64,000 bases of DNA from Pseudomonadales bacterium. Its GTDB lineage: Bacteria > Pseudomonadota > Gammaproteobacteria > Pseudomonadales > JBFGWM01. The stretch is taken from assembly GCA_041682035.1 (NCBI GenBank), contig JBFKKR010000001.1, positions 2,792-66,791 of the forward strand, given 5' to 3'. The translations under genes and the position numbers were made by a program. A model generated the notes under the pieces. It ran no database searches. It was not told the origin of the DNA and worked only from the letters and a program-made list of their open reading frames with translations. Of this stretch, positions 15,628 through 25,775 are shown in pieces. The first letter of the stretch is position 1. Each line of letters starts with the position of its first letter.

Positions 15628-16740
15628 ATGCCACCGGCCCAGAAGCCCGCCAACCCGAACTTTTCCTCCGGCCCCTGCAGCAAGCGGCCGGGTTACGACG
15701 TGTCCGCGCTGGACCTCTCCACCCTCGGCCGCTCGCACCGCGCCGCCGTCGGCAAGGAAGCCCTGAAGCGCGCCTGTCTCGACACCGCCCGCATCCTCGG
15801 GTTGCCCGCGGACTACCGGGTCGGCGTGGTGCCGGGATCGGACACCGGCGCCTTCGAGATGGCGATGTGGACGATGCTCGGCGCCCGTCCGGTGGACGTG
15901 TTCTGCTGGGAATCCTTCGGTGAGGGCTGGCTGTCCGATATCGACAAGCAGCTGAAACTGGAAGCGGTCAACCGCTACCAGGCCGACTACGGCGAGCTGC
16001 CGGACCTCGGCCGGGCCGACCCCGGGCACGACATCGTCTTCACCTGGAACGGCACCACCTCCGGGGTGTGCGTGCCGGATGGCGACTGGATCGCCGCCGA
16101 CCGTTCCGGCCTGACCTTCTGCGATGCGACCTCCGCGGTGTTCGCGATGGAACTCCCCTGGGAGAAGCTCGACGTCACCACCTTCAGCTGGCAGAAGGTG
16201 CTCGGCGGCGAAGGCGCGCACGGCATGCTGATCCTCGGCCCGCGGGCGGTGGAGCGGCTGGAATCCTACGCCCCGCCCCGGCCGCTGCCCAAGGTCTTCC
16301 GCCTCACCAAGGGGGGCAGGCTGATCGAGGACATCTTCACCGGCGCCACCATCAACACGCCCTCCATGCTCTGCGTGGCGGATTACCTCGACGCACTGGA
16401 ATGGGTGGAAAGCATCGGCGGCGTCGCCGGCTGCGTGGCGCGCGCACGGGACAACCTCGCGGTACTGGAATCCTTCGTGGCGGAAAACGACTGGATCGAC
16501 TTCCTGGCGAAAGACCCCGCGACCCGCTCATGCACCAGCGTCTGCCTGAGCGTGAAACTGGATGCGGACCGCATCAAGCAGATGACGAAACTGCTCGAGA
16601 CCGAAGGCGTGGCCTATGACATCGGCGCCTACCGGGACGCGCCGCCCGGTCTGCGCATCTGGTGCGGCAGCACGGTGGAACGCAGCGACCTGGAACTGCT
16701 GATGCCCTGGCTCGCGTGGGCCTACACGGAAGTCGCCTGA
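15628..16740 (+). CDS. serC: Phosphoserine aminotransferase (short SerC type)
   Basis: Internal ATG of ORF 15499..16740. Product [23 protein letters not shown]...[18 protein letters not shown]. Confidence 0.88.
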   Translation: MPPAQKPANPNFSSGPCSKRPGYDVSALDLSTLGRSHRAAVGKEALKRACLDTARILGLPADYRVGVVPGSDTGAFEMAMWTMLGARPVDVFCWESFGEGWLSDIDKQLKLEAVNRYQADYGELPDLGRADPGHDIVFTWNGTTSGVCVPDGDWIAADRSGLTFCDATSAVFAMELPWEKLDVTTFSWQKVLGGEGAHGMLILGPRAVERLESYAPPRPLPKVFRLTKGGRLIEDIFTGATINTPSMLCVADYLDALEWVESIGGVAGCVARARDNLAVLESFVAENDWIDFLAKDPATRSCTSVCLSVKLDADRIKQMTKLLETEGVAYDIGAYRDAPPGLRIWCGSTVERSDLELLMPWLAWAYTEVA

Positions 16741-16757
16741 GGAGCCGGTAACCAGCC

Positions 16758-17927
16758 ATGTACAAGATCAGAACCTACAACCAGATCGCCGTGAAAGGCC
16801 TGGACCGTTTTCCACGCGACCGCTTCGAGGTCGCCAGCGAGATCAGTCACCCGGATGCGTTCGTGCTGCGCAGCCAGAAACTGCACGACGTGGACTTTCC
16901 GCCCTCGCTGAAGGCCATCGCCCGTGCCGGCGCCGGCGTGAACAATGTCCCCGTCGACCGCTGCACGGAACGGGGCATCGTGGTGTTCAACACGCCCGGC
17001 GCAAACGCCAACGCGGTGAAGGAACTGGTGCTGACCGGCCTGCTGTTGAGTTCGCGCGGCATCACGGCCGGCATCAATTTCGTGCAGACGCTGGGCGAAA
17101 TGAAGGACGAAGCCGAACTGGCCCGCTTCCTGGAAGCGGAAAAGAAACGGTTCAAGGGATCGGAGATCGCCGGCAAGACGCTGGGCGTGGTCGGCCTCGG
17201 CGCAATCGGCTCCATGGTCGCCAACATGGGCCTGTCGCTGGGCATGGATGTCGCCGGCTACGACCCTGCCATCTCGGTCGACGCAGCCTGGCGGCTGTCC
17301 AGCAAGGTGCGCAAGATGGAGAACCTGTCCTCGCTGCTGGCGCGCTGTGATTTCGTCACGCTGCACGTGCCCGCCATGGAGGCCACCCGCCACCTCATCA
17401 AGGCCGAGTCGCTCGCCACCGCGAAAACGGGCATCGTGCTGCTCAACTTCGCGCGGGAGGAGGTCGTCGACGCAGCGGCGGTGGTGAACGCCCTGGACCA
17501 GGGAAAACTGTCCCGCTACGTCACCGATTTTCCGACCCCGGCGCTGATCGGCCGTGACGACGTCATCGCCATGCCTCACATCGGGGCCAGCACCGAGGAA
17601 GCCGAGGAGAACTGTGCCGTCATGGCGGCCGACCAGGTGATGGACTTCCTCGAGCACGGCAACATCGTCAACTCGGTCAATTTCCCGCCGCTGCGGATGG
17701 ATCGCACCGGCGGTTCCCGGATCACGTTCGCCAACCACAACGTCGCCGGAGTACTCGGCAACGTGCTGTCGGTGCTGGCCGAGCGCGAAGTGAACGTTGC
17801 GGATATGCTGAACAAGAGCCGGGGCAATGTCGCCTACAACATCCTCGACGTGGAGGGCGCGCCCGACGAATCCCTGCTGCAGGCCATCGGCAGCATCGAG
17901 CACGTCATCAACGTGCGCAGCATCTGA
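16758..17927 (+). CDS. serA: D-3-phosphoglycerate dehydrogenase with C-terminal ACT-like domain
   Basis: GKTLGVVGLGAIGSMVA NAD fold, HIGASTEEAEEN, and a 389-aa length. It starts 18 nt after serC. Confidence 0.88.
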   Translation: MYKIRTYNQIAVKGLDRFPRDRFEVASEISHPDAFVLRSQKLHDVDFPPSLKAIARAGAGVNNVPVDRCTERGIVVFNTPGANANAVKELVLTGLLLSSRGITAGINFVQTLGEMKDEAELARFLEAEKKRFKGSEIAGKTLGVVGLGAIGSMVANMGLSLGMDVAGYDPAISVDAAWRLSSKVRKMENLSSLLARCDFVTLHVPAMEATRHLIKAESLATAKTGIVLLNFAREEVVDAAAVVNALDQGKLSRYVTDFPTPALIGRDDVIAMPHIGASTEEAEENCAVMAADQVMDFLEHGNIVNSVNFPPLRMDRTGGSRITFANHNVAGVLGNVLSVLAEREVNVADMLNKSRGNVAYNILDVEGAPDESLLQAIGSIEHVINVRSI

Positions 17928-17968
17928 GGCCGACGCCGGCCACATACGGAAACAACGGAGAAATCCCC

Positions 17969-18364
17969 ATGAACAGAATCCTGCTGATCGCCGCGCTGCT
18001 CCCCACCCTGGCGCTGGCCCAGGACTACCAGGGCATGTCGCAACAGGACATGCAGAAGATGATGCAGGGCATGCAGCAGATGCAGTCCTGCATGCAGAAG
18101 GTGAACCAGGCCGAGATGGAAGCGGCGGGCAAGCGGGCGGAGGCCATGCAGAAAGAGGTCGAGGCACTGTGCGCCGGCGGCAAGCGCGACGAGGCACAGG
18201 CAAAGGGGATGGCGTTCGCCCGCGAGATGCAGCAGAACCCGGCCATGCAGCAGATGGGAGAGTGCGGCCAGATGATGGCGGGCATGATGCCGGCATCACC
18301 GTTCCTGGAGCAGATCAAGCAGTCTTCGGGCGAGTCCGGCGGCAGCCGGCACATCTGCGACTGA
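17969..18364 (+). CDS. Periplasmic Met/Gln-rich small protein
   Basis: Signal peptide [17 protein letters not shown]|QD. By my count the mature part has 17 Met in about 114 residues, many Gln, and 4 Cys. Confidence 0.75.
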   Translation: MNRILLIAALLPTLALAQDYQGMSQQDMQKMMQGMQQMQSCMQKVNQAEMEAAGKRAEAMQKEVEALCAGGKRDEAQAKGMAFAREMQQNPAMQQMGECGQMMAGMMPASPFLEQIKQSSGESGGSRHICD

Positions 18365-18383
18365 GACCCCGGGAAGCCAGCCC

Positions 18384-19325
18384 ATGGCCGCCGGCAGCCT
18401 GCTGACCCTGCTCGACGACATCGCGCTCATCCTCGATGACGTCGCGGTGCTCAGCAAGCGCGCCGCGGTCAAGACCGCCGGCGTGCTGGGCGACGACCTC
18501 GCGCTGAATGCCGAACAGGTCTCCGGCGTGCGCGCGGAGCGCGAGATTCCGGTCGTGTGGGCGGTCGCGAAGGGGTCGTTCCTCAACAAGTTCATCCTGG
18601 TGCCGGCGGCGCTCGCGATCAGCGCCATCCTGCCCTGGCTGATCGTCCCGCTGCTCATGTGCGGCGGGCTGTTCCTCTGCTTCGAGGGCGTGGAGAAACT
18701 CCTGCACCGTTACCTGCACCCGCAGGAGAAACAGGCGCACGATGCCAAACTGCACGAGGCCCTGCTCAAGCCGAAGGCCGACCTGGTCGCGCTGGAGAAA
18801 CAGAAGATCCGTGGCGCGATCCGCACCGACTTCATCCTGTCCGCGGAGATCATCGTCATCGCGCTCGGCACGGTGCAGGATGCGGACTTCCTGACCCGCA
18901 CCCTGGTGGTGACGACGATCGCCTTCATGATCACCTTCGTGGTGTACGGGCTGGTCGCGGGCATCGTGAAGCTGGATGACGCCGGGCTGCACCTCCTGAA
19001 GCAGGAGGCCTCCGCGATCAAGCAGAGGATCGGCGGCTGGATTCTCTGGTTCGCCCCGGTGCTGATGAAGGGACTTTCCGTCCTGGGCACACTGGCCATG
19101 TTCCTCGTCGGCGGCGGCATCCTCGTGCACGGCATCCCGTTGCTGGCGACGTTCGGGCATGACGCGGCCCATCTCGGCGAGGCGCTGCCCGGGGTCGGCT
19201 TCCTCGCCGGCCTGTTGGCTGGTGCATTCTTCAACGCAGTGGTGGGCGTGGTCGCCGGCGCCGCGGCGGTGGCGGCGGTCACCCTCTTCACGCGCCTGCG
19301 TGGTCCGTCGGCGCCGTCGGCGTAG
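18384..19325 (+). CDS. DUF808 (YedI-like) inner-membrane protein
   Basis: [45 protein letters not shown]...[11 protein letters not shown] closely matches my recollection of E. coli YedI. Confidence 0.88.
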   Translation: MAAGSLLTLLDDIALILDDVAVLSKRAAVKTAGVLGDDLALNAEQVSGVRAEREIPVVWAVAKGSFLNKFILVPAALAISAILPWLIVPLLMCGGLFLCFEGVEKLLHRYLHPQEKQAHDAKLHEALLKPKADLVALEKQKIRGAIRTDFILSAEIIVIALGTVQDADFLTRTLVVTTIAFMITFVVYGLVAGIVKLDDAGLHLLKQEASAIKQRIGGWILWFAPVLMKGLSVLGTLAMFLVGGGILVHGIPLLATFGHDAAHLGEALPGVGFLAGLLAGAFFNAVVGVVAGAAAVAAVTLFTRLRGPSAPSA

Positions 19326-19328
19326 CGC

Positions 19329-20258
19329 ATGACCAGCGCATTCGCGGAGCGCCTGCGGGAAACCCTCGATGGCGTGATCCGTGGCAAGCGCGATGCCATC
19401 GACCTGCTGATCACGGCCGTGATCGCGGGCGGGCACGTGCTGCTGGAGGACGTGCCGGGCCTGGGCAAGACCACGCTCGCCAAGGCCTTCGCCCGTTCCG
19501 TCCGCCTGCAGTTCACGCGCGTGCAGTTCACGCCGGACCTGTTGCCCGCCGACATCATCGGCGCGCAGGTGCTGCACCCGGAGAACGGCACCTTCAGCTT
19601 CCAGGCCGGTCCGGTTTTCACCCAGGTGCTGCTCGCCGACGAGATCAACCGCGCCTCGCCGCGCACCCAGAGCGCATTGCTGGAGGCGATGAGCGAGGGA
19701 CAGGTGTCCGTCGACGGCACCACGCATGCCCTGCCCGACCCGTTCATCGTGCTGGCGACGCAGAATCCCGTCGACTTCCAGGGCACCTACCCGCTGCCGG
19801 AGGCGCAACTGGACCGGTTTCTGCTGCGTTTCTCGCTGGGCTACCCGCCGCCGGAAGTGGAACTGGACGTGCTCGACGCGCACCGTGACGCACAACCGGT
19901 CGACCGCGTGCAGCCGGTCGCCGACCAGGCCGACCTGCAGGCGGCCCGGGAAGCCGCCCGCGCCGTCACCGTGACGCGGGAGGTCGGCGCCTACCTGATG
20001 CAGGTGGTGCAGCGCACGCGCGATCACCGGGAACTGGAACTCGGCGTGTCGACGCGCGGTGCGCTGGCCTGGTACCGCGCCGCGCAGGCGTTCGCCGCAT
20101 TGCATGGCCGCGATTACGTGAGCCCGGACGACCTGCAGCGTCTTGCCGTTCCCTGCCTTGCTCACCGGGTGGTGCCCACGCCGGAAGCCCGCTTCGGCGG
20201 TACCAGCATGGCCTCGCTGGTCGAATCCATCCTGCAGGAAGTCCCGGTTCCGGCGTGA
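19329..20258 (+). CDS. moxR: MoxR-family AAA+ ATPase
   Basis: GHVLLEDVPGLGKTTLAKAFA...QFTPDLLPADIIG...LLADEINRASPRTQSALLEAM. It starts 3 nt after the DUF808 stop. Confidence 0.93.
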   Translation: MTSAFAERLRETLDGVIRGKRDAIDLLITAVIAGGHVLLEDVPGLGKTTLAKAFARSVRLQFTRVQFTPDLLPADIIGAQVLHPENGTFSFQAGPVFTQVLLADEINRASPRTQSALLEAMSEGQVSVDGTTHALPDPFIVLATQNPVDFQGTYPLPEAQLDRFLLRFSLGYPPPEVELDVLDAHRDAQPVDRVQPVADQADLQAAREAARAVTVTREVGAYLMQVVQRTRDHRELELGVSTRGALAWYRAAQAFAALHGRDYVSPDDLQRLAVPCLAHRVVPTPEARFGGTSMASLVESILQEVPVPA

Positions 20259-21547
20259 ACGGCGCGGACCTCTCCCGCACGCTGGCGCGCCTGAACCACG
20301 TCTTCATTCCCGCCACCAAGGAAGGCCGCGACCGGACCCGGCGCAATCCACTGGTGCGTGCCGCCGCACCCGTGATGTGGATCTACAAGGGCCTCACCGA
20401 TACCGGCCGCTGGCTGGCGGTGCTGAGCATCCTCGTCGGCGCCGCCGCACTCGACGTGACCACCAGCGAGGCCTACGTGCTCTGGTGCCTGCTCGCGGGA
20501 CTGCTGCTGGGTGGTTTCCTGTTGCGGCCGTTCTATCGGCTCGATCGTGTGCACCTCGATGTCGATGGTCCACGGCAGGTCACCATCGGTGAAGAGGTCA
20601 GCTTCCGGCTGACGCTGGACAACCCCACCGGGCGCGAGTTCGCCCTGCTCAATATCGACCGGCCACTGCTGCCCTGGGACGGCGCCTGGCGCGAGGCGCC
20701 GCCGGTGGTGGACCTGCTGCCGGCCCGGGATCATGCCCGGGTCACGACGCGGGCGCGGTTCACGGAACGCGGACATCACCACCTGGATGCATTCCACGCG
20801 GCGGTGATGCTGCCGTTCGGCATCACGCAGGGCCGGCGCATCGACAGCCGCGGATTCCACTTCGTGGTGGTGCCGCGGATCGCCCGGGTCGATCGCATCC
20901 GGCTGCCGGAGCGGAGCCGTTACCAGCACGGCGGCGTTGCGCTGGCATCCACCACCGGCGAGTCCATGGAACTGCTCGGCGTGCGCCCGTACCGGCACGG
21001 CGACGCGGTGCGCGACCTGCACGCGCGCAGCTGGGCGCGGCGCGGCGAACCGGTCGTGCGCGAGTACCAGCAGGAGTACTTCTCGCGCGTCGGCGTGGTG
21101 CTGGACACCGACCTCGCCGCGGCGGGCGAGGCACAGCTCGAGGCCGGTATCTCGCTGGCCGCCGGCGTCATCGCCTGCCTGGGCCGGGGCGAGACGCTGA
21201 TCGACCTGCTGGTGACCGGCGACCGCCTGCACCGCTTCACCCTCGGCCGCAGTCTCGGCCACCTTGAACAGGGACTGGACCACCTCGCCTGCGTGAAGCC
21301 CGGGCCGGCACTGGACGCAAGACAGCTGGCACACCTGCTCGCGCCCTTTCTCGACCGGCTTTCCTGCGTGGTGTTCATCGCGCTGCACTGGGACGGCGCG
21401 CGCGCGGCGCTGGCCGACGAGATTCGCACCCGGGGCGCTGCCTGCAAGCCACTGCTCGTCGCACCGGACACGGACGCCACCGGCGCACCCGGCATCACCG
21501 TGCTGCGCTGCGCGGAGATCCAGAGCAGCCCGGGGCTGGTGCTGTGA
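20255..21547 (+). CDS. DUF58 protein (MoxR partner)
   Basis: GTGA overlap with the moxR stop. GVRPYRHGDAVRDLHARSWARRGEPVVREYQQE is the DUF58 hallmark. Confidence 0.88.
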   Translation: MNGADLSRTLARLNHVFIPATKEGRDRTRRNPLVRAAAPVMWIYKGLTDTGRWLAVLSILVGAAALDVTTSEAYVLWCLLAGLLLGGFLLRPFYRLDRVHLDVDGPRQVTIGEEVSFRLTLDNPTGREFALLNIDRPLLPWDGAWREAPPVVDLLPARDHARVTTRARFTERGHHHLDAFHAAVMLPFGITQGRRIDSRGFHFVVVPRIARVDRIRLPERSRYQHGGVALASTTGESMELLGVRPYRHGDAVRDLHARSWARRGEPVVREYQQEYFSRVGVVLDTDLAAAGEAQLEAGISLAAGVIACLGRGETLIDLLVTGDRLHRFTLGRSLGHLEQGLDHLACVKPGPALDARQLAHLLAPFLDRLSCVVFIALHWDGARAALADEIRTRGAACKPLLVAPDTDATGAPGITVLRCAEIQSSPGLVL

Positions 21548-23388
21548 GAGGTGGTATCGAGGCGAGAACCCGGCGCATCGCCGCCTGGGATTTCGCCGCG
21601 GCCGCCTGCGCGCTGATGGCGCTCGCCGTGATGACGATTTCCTCGTCGTTCTACGCACTGCTGCCGCTGATCCTTCTCAGCGCGGTGATCCGCCAGCGCC
21701 TGCCGGGTGGCGGTCCGGTCGAACTGGTGCTGTCGGCCGCTGCGCTGGGCGCCGGCATCCTGCTGGCCGGCGAGGCCGGCGTGCGCAATGCGAGCGGCCT
21801 GCTGGCCTCCATCGCGGCCGAGGTCCTGCTCGGCGGGCTGTTCCTGCTGATCGCGCGGCTCTACCTGGATCACCCGCGCGGCGGCAACCTGCTCACACTC
21901 TCGATCGGCCTGGCGGCGATGACCGCCGGCGGCAGCGGCAACCTCGGCTGGGCCTACCCGGCGCTGTGCGCGCTGTACCTGCTGACCGCGCTGCACGGAC
22001 TGCGCGCGCGCGAACACGCCCGCACGCAACCGCGCTTCCCGCCACTGGCCAGGCTCGTTCCGGGCATCGCCTACCTGGTCGGCAGTGCGGCGTTCGCGGG
22101 CGCGCTGATCGTGGCCCTGCCACCGCTGTACGGCTTCGCCACCGAGCGTTTCGTGGACTGGATCCGGATCGACCCGCCAAAAACCGGCTTTACCGAGGGC
22201 GGCATGTTCCTCGGCGCGATGGAAGGCATGTGGGAGTCCGACGAGATCGTGATGCGCATCGATGGCGCTGCCTTCAACCTGCACCTGCGTGGCTCAGTGC
22301 ACCGGCGCTATCGCGGCGGGGCCTGGCTGCAGGAGCCGGCGCCTCCGCGCGCCCCGCGCACGGCCCCCGTCGCCGGGAGCGCTCCGCCCGTCTCGTTGTT
22401 CCGCGTGAGCCGGGAAAGCGCCGTGCTGATGACCACACTGGGTGCCATGGCCACGACCGCGGCGGGCATACCGCTGCGCACCGATGTCTTCGGGATCGCG
22501 CGCAGCAGCGATCCGCTGTTGACCCGCTACCGGCTCGTACCGTCGCCGCAAGCCGACCGGCCGCTGCCCCCCGAAATGGCCGACCTGGACGTCCCGGAAG
22601 AACTGCGCGCAACAGTCGGCGGAATGGCGGCGGCTTGGACCCGGCGCGCCGCTGATCCCGCCGGGCGCATGGCCGCCATCTTGCGCCGGCTCGAGGGCGA
22701 CTTCGTGTATTCGCAGCACTACCGGCGCACCCCCGGGGCGGACCCGGTGCTGGAGTTCCTGCAGCAGAACCGGCAGGGGCACTGCGAATACTTCGCCTCG
22801 GCGCTGGCGCTGCTCGCGCGCGCGCAGGGCATCCCGGCGCGCGTGGTGCGTGGCTACCGGGTGCGCGAACGCAACCCGATCACCGGGCAGTACATCGTGC
22901 GCGAGAGCAACGCCCACGCGTGGGTCGAGGCCCACATCGGCGGCGAATGGCGCACCTACGACCCGGCGCCATTGCAGAGCCTGGAGCCACCGCCACGGGA
23001 ATCGATGTCGTGGCTGGCGGCGCTGGCCGATGCATTGCGCGTCGCCTCCCAACGCGCCTGGCAGGTCGCGCGGGCGAATCTGAAAACGACCGGGTACGCG
23101 ATCGCCGCCCTGCTTGCAGCGCTCTACCTGTGGGGTCGCTTCCGGACTTTGCTACGCATGCGCGCCCGCACCCGCAATCGTCCTGCAGGGCAGAACGCGT
23201 TCGTTTGCCCGCCGGAAGTCGAGACCCTGTTCGCCGAACTGTCCCGGCGCGGACTGGTGCGCGCAACGGGGGAAACGCTGGAACAGTTCGGCGAGCGGTG
23301 TGCGCAGGCCGGCCTGCCCGCGCCCTTTTCGGTCGCACACCGGCAGATCGCTGCCTACGCAACAAAACGCTACAGGGGCCATTCCTGA
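21544..23388 (+). CDS. Membrane transglutaminase-like protein
   Basis: GTGA overlap with the DUF58 stop. Multi-TM N-terminal half. Cys-His-Asp core GHCEYFA...AHAWVE...YDP. Confidence 0.85.
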   Translation: MRGGIEARTRRIAAWDFAAAACALMALAVMTISSSFYALLPLILLSAVIRQRLPGGGPVELVLSAAALGAGILLAGEAGVRNASGLLASIAAEVLLGGLFLLIARLYLDHPRGGNLLTLSIGLAAMTAGGSGNLGWAYPALCALYLLTALHGLRAREHARTQPRFPPLARLVPGIAYLVGSAAFAGALIVALPPLYGFATERFVDWIRIDPPKTGFTEGGMFLGAMEGMWESDEIVMRIDGAAFNLHLRGSVHRRYRGGAWLQEPAPPRAPRTAPVAGSAPPVSLFRVSRESAVLMTTLGAMATTAAGIPLRTDVFGIARSSDPLLTRYRLVPSPQADRPLPPEMADLDVPEELRATVGGMAAAWTRRAADPAGRMAAILRRLEGDFVYSQHYRRTPGADPVLEFLQQNRQGHCEYFASALALLARAQGIPARVVRGYRVRERNPITGQYIVRESNAHAWVEAHIGGEWRTYDPAPLQSLEPPPRESMSWLAALADALRVASQRAWQVARANLKTTGYAIAALLAALYLWGRFRTLLRMRARTRNRPAGQNAFVCPPEVETLFAELSRRGLVRATGETLEQFGERCAQAGLPAPFSVAHRQIAAYATKRYRGHS

Positions 23389-23586
23389 CCGCCGAAACGA
23401 ATATTGCAGGGCAGGTTGAGGCGCTGCCGGGGCCGCAGGAAGCCATTCCAGGCGTTTCGGGATTCCATGGTTTTTGCCATGGCAGCCCGCCACTGCCGGG
23501 CCTAGACTGACTCCTGAACACATATTCATCAATCAGGCGGCTACGTCACGCGGTCGGACGTACACTCACTCCCGGAGGAAGAACCC

Positions 23587-24357
23587 TTGAATCGACACAT
23601 CGGAACCCTTGGCCTCGGACTGGTCTCGCTGGCGATGCAGACGCAGGCGATGGCTGCCAGCGCGACGGCGGAAGTCTGCGTGGCGCGCGTGGTCGAAGCC
23701 GTGCAGGAACAGGGTATCGGCAACCCGGTGCTGGCCTACGATTTCAGCGGCGGCAGCGTGAACAACCTGTGGCCGCCCAATCACAAGTTCGCAACGATCC
23801 AGATCATCGGCTACCGGGAAGCGGGCGGAAACCCGTCCGGACTTGGCGTCACCCTTTCCAGTGATCCCGGCATGAGCCAGTCCACGGAGTGTGCCGTTCG
23901 CGTGGTGAGCATCACCCATGATGAATTCGTGCAGGAAACCATCGAAGCCGCCGGCTCGGGCAACACCTGGCCGGACGCAAAGCGTTACTGCCGGCCCGGC
24001 GACGATCCGTCCGTTGCGCAACTCGACCTGCGCGCGGAACGCTCCGGCCTCGGCAACGGCCGCGTGTACACCATCGCGGTGCAGGTGACGCCGCTGCTCA
24101 TCCACACCGATGACGGCGCAGGTAACGTGAATACCGTGACCAGCCCGGTCGGCACGGAAACCAAGCTGATCGAGGTGAAGGTGCCGCACGATCAGCGCGT
24201 CAATGGAACGGTCGGCAATGAAAACGAGTTCGTCGGCGCGAACGCCTACGAAGACGAGGAGTACCCGATGGGCGAGAGCGTCATCGAGCCGAAAGCCTGC
24301 GGAGGCGCTGACGGCAGGCACCAGAGCACCGGCCCGCAACGTGACAAAAAGAAGTAG
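23587..24357 (+). CDS. Secreted hypothetical protein (LWPPNHK...RAERSGLGNGRVYTI motif)
   Basis: TTG start 7 nt after GGAGGA. Signal-like LGLGLVSLAMQTQAMA. A terminator follows the gene. Confidence 0.72.
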   Translation: MNRHIGTLGLGLVSLAMQTQAMAASATAEVCVARVVEAVQEQGIGNPVLAYDFSGGSVNNLWPPNHKFATIQIIGYREAGGNPSGLGVTLSSDPGMSQSTECAVRVVSITHDEFVQETIEAAGSGNTWPDAKRYCRPGDDPSVAQLDLRAERSGLGNGRVYTIAVQVTPLLIHTDDGAGNVNTVTSPVGTETKLIEVKVPHDQRVNGTVGNENEFVGANAYEDEEYPMGESVIEPKACGGADGRHQSTGPQRDKKK

Positions 24358-24399
24358 GGCGAACGGAAAGGTAACTTCCGTACGGCGGTCCTTCGTGAA

Positions 24400-24430
24400 A
24401 ACCCGGCAGGAAACTGCCGGGTTTTTTTCT
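24400..24430 (+). terminator. Rho-independent terminator
   Basis: ACCCGGCAG-gaaa-CTGCCGGGT followed by TTTTTTT. Confidence 0.85.
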
Positions 24431-24490
24431 GCACGAGACTTTCCGCTGGCCTAAACTGGGTCACCGTACGCAGGGAGGTTTGCAGGTACC

Positions 24491-25750
24491 TTGCAGCAGA
24501 GCACACCCACCGAACACTTCATTCCCTACCGCAAATCCGACCTCGTGCGCATGTGCGGGCAGGACCTCGGCAGCGTTCCCGCTGCGGATTTCCGCCAGTT
24601 CTGCGCGCTGCTGACCGCCCTCTTCCATTTCGAGTTCCACGAACGGCTCGAGAAGCTGAAGGACCTCTACGCGCCGGTGAACCCGGACCTCGACACGCGC
24701 CCCTGCCCGGTCACCGGCGCCGAACCGACGGAGCCGAAATCACTGGTATCCGAACTGGAGACGGTGCTGACCGCCGCCAACTTCGTGGCGATCACGCGGG
24801 CGGACCTGGAGCGCGCACTGCAGGAGGAATCGCTGTTCAACGTGCGGCTGGAGGTGAACTTCGACGATTTCGAGGAGGTGGTCTTCTTCCGCCGCGGCGA
24901 ATCGCGGCGGACCGAGACCATCCGGAGCCTGTTCGGGCTGCGGAAGCGCGAGATCACCTTCACCAACTACGACCGCGTGCTGGTCTACGTGCGGTTCAGG
25001 GGGGCGGAACACTTCGCCCGGCAGGGTCGGAAGAACCTGCTGTTCACGCCCGGCTCCACGCTGCTCAAGCTGTTCCAGGACGTGCCCAAGGCCGACCTCG
25101 AGATGCTGTTCCCGAATACCGAGGTACGCATGAAGCTGATCGACAAGATCCTGATCGGCGTGCCCGCCGCCGCCGGCAGCGTCGCCCTGCTGGTGACCAA
25201 GCTCAGTGGCACATTGATCCTCGTCGGTGCATTCATTGCCTTCTGGCTGGGCCTGCGTGCCGATCCGGTGAGCATCGACCAGGCCGCGCTGGTGACGCTG
25301 GCGGTCGGCCTCGGCACGCTGGGCGGCTACCTGTTCCGGCAGTTCAACAAGTTCAAGAACCGCAAGATCCAGTTCATGAAGACGCTGACCGAGAACCTCT
25401 ACTTCAAGAACCTCGACAACAACGCGGGCGTCTTCCACCGGCTGATCGACGCCGCCGAGGAGGAGGAATGCAAGGAGGCGTTGCTGGCCTACCGCGCGCT
25501 GCTGCTGGCCGGGCGGCCCCTGACCGAGCAGGAACTCGACGATACCGTGGAGGACTGGTTCCGGACGCGCTGGCAGTGCGAGCTGGATTTCGAGGCCGAC
25601 GACGCGCTGGCCAAGCTGGTCCGGCTGGAACTGGTGGAGCGCTCCGGGGAGCGGTACGGCGCGGTGCCCATCGGGGAGGCCCTGCGGCGGCTGGACGAAC
25701 GCTGGGACGGCATCTTTCAATTCGCCGGCGAGGGTGCTTCCATAGCCTGA
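24491..25750 (+). CDS. DUF3754 (TMEM143-like) membrane protein
   Basis: TTG start. FHFEFHERLEKLKDLYAPVNPD... followed by two TM helices (ILIGVPAAAGSVALLV, ILVGAFIAFWLGL). Confidence 0.75.
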   Translation: MQQSTPTEHFIPYRKSDLVRMCGQDLGSVPAADFRQFCALLTALFHFEFHERLEKLKDLYAPVNPDLDTRPCPVTGAEPTEPKSLVSELETVLTAANFVAITRADLERALQEESLFNVRLEVNFDDFEEVVFFRRGESRRTETIRSLFGLRKREITFTNYDRVLVYVRFRGAEHFARQGRKNLLFTPGSTLLKLFQDVPKADLEMLFPNTEVRMKLIDKILIGVPAAAGSVALLVTKLSGTLILVGAFIAFWLGLRADPVSIDQAALVTLAVGLGTLGGYLFRQFNKFKNRKIQFMKTLTENLYFKNLDNNAGVFHRLIDAAEEEECKEALLAYRALLLAGRPLTEQELDDTVEDWFRTRWQCELDFEADDALAKLVRLELVERSGERYGAVPIGEALRRLDERWDGIFQFAGEGASIA

Positions 25751-25775
25751 TCCTCCGCTGACCGATGGACCGACC

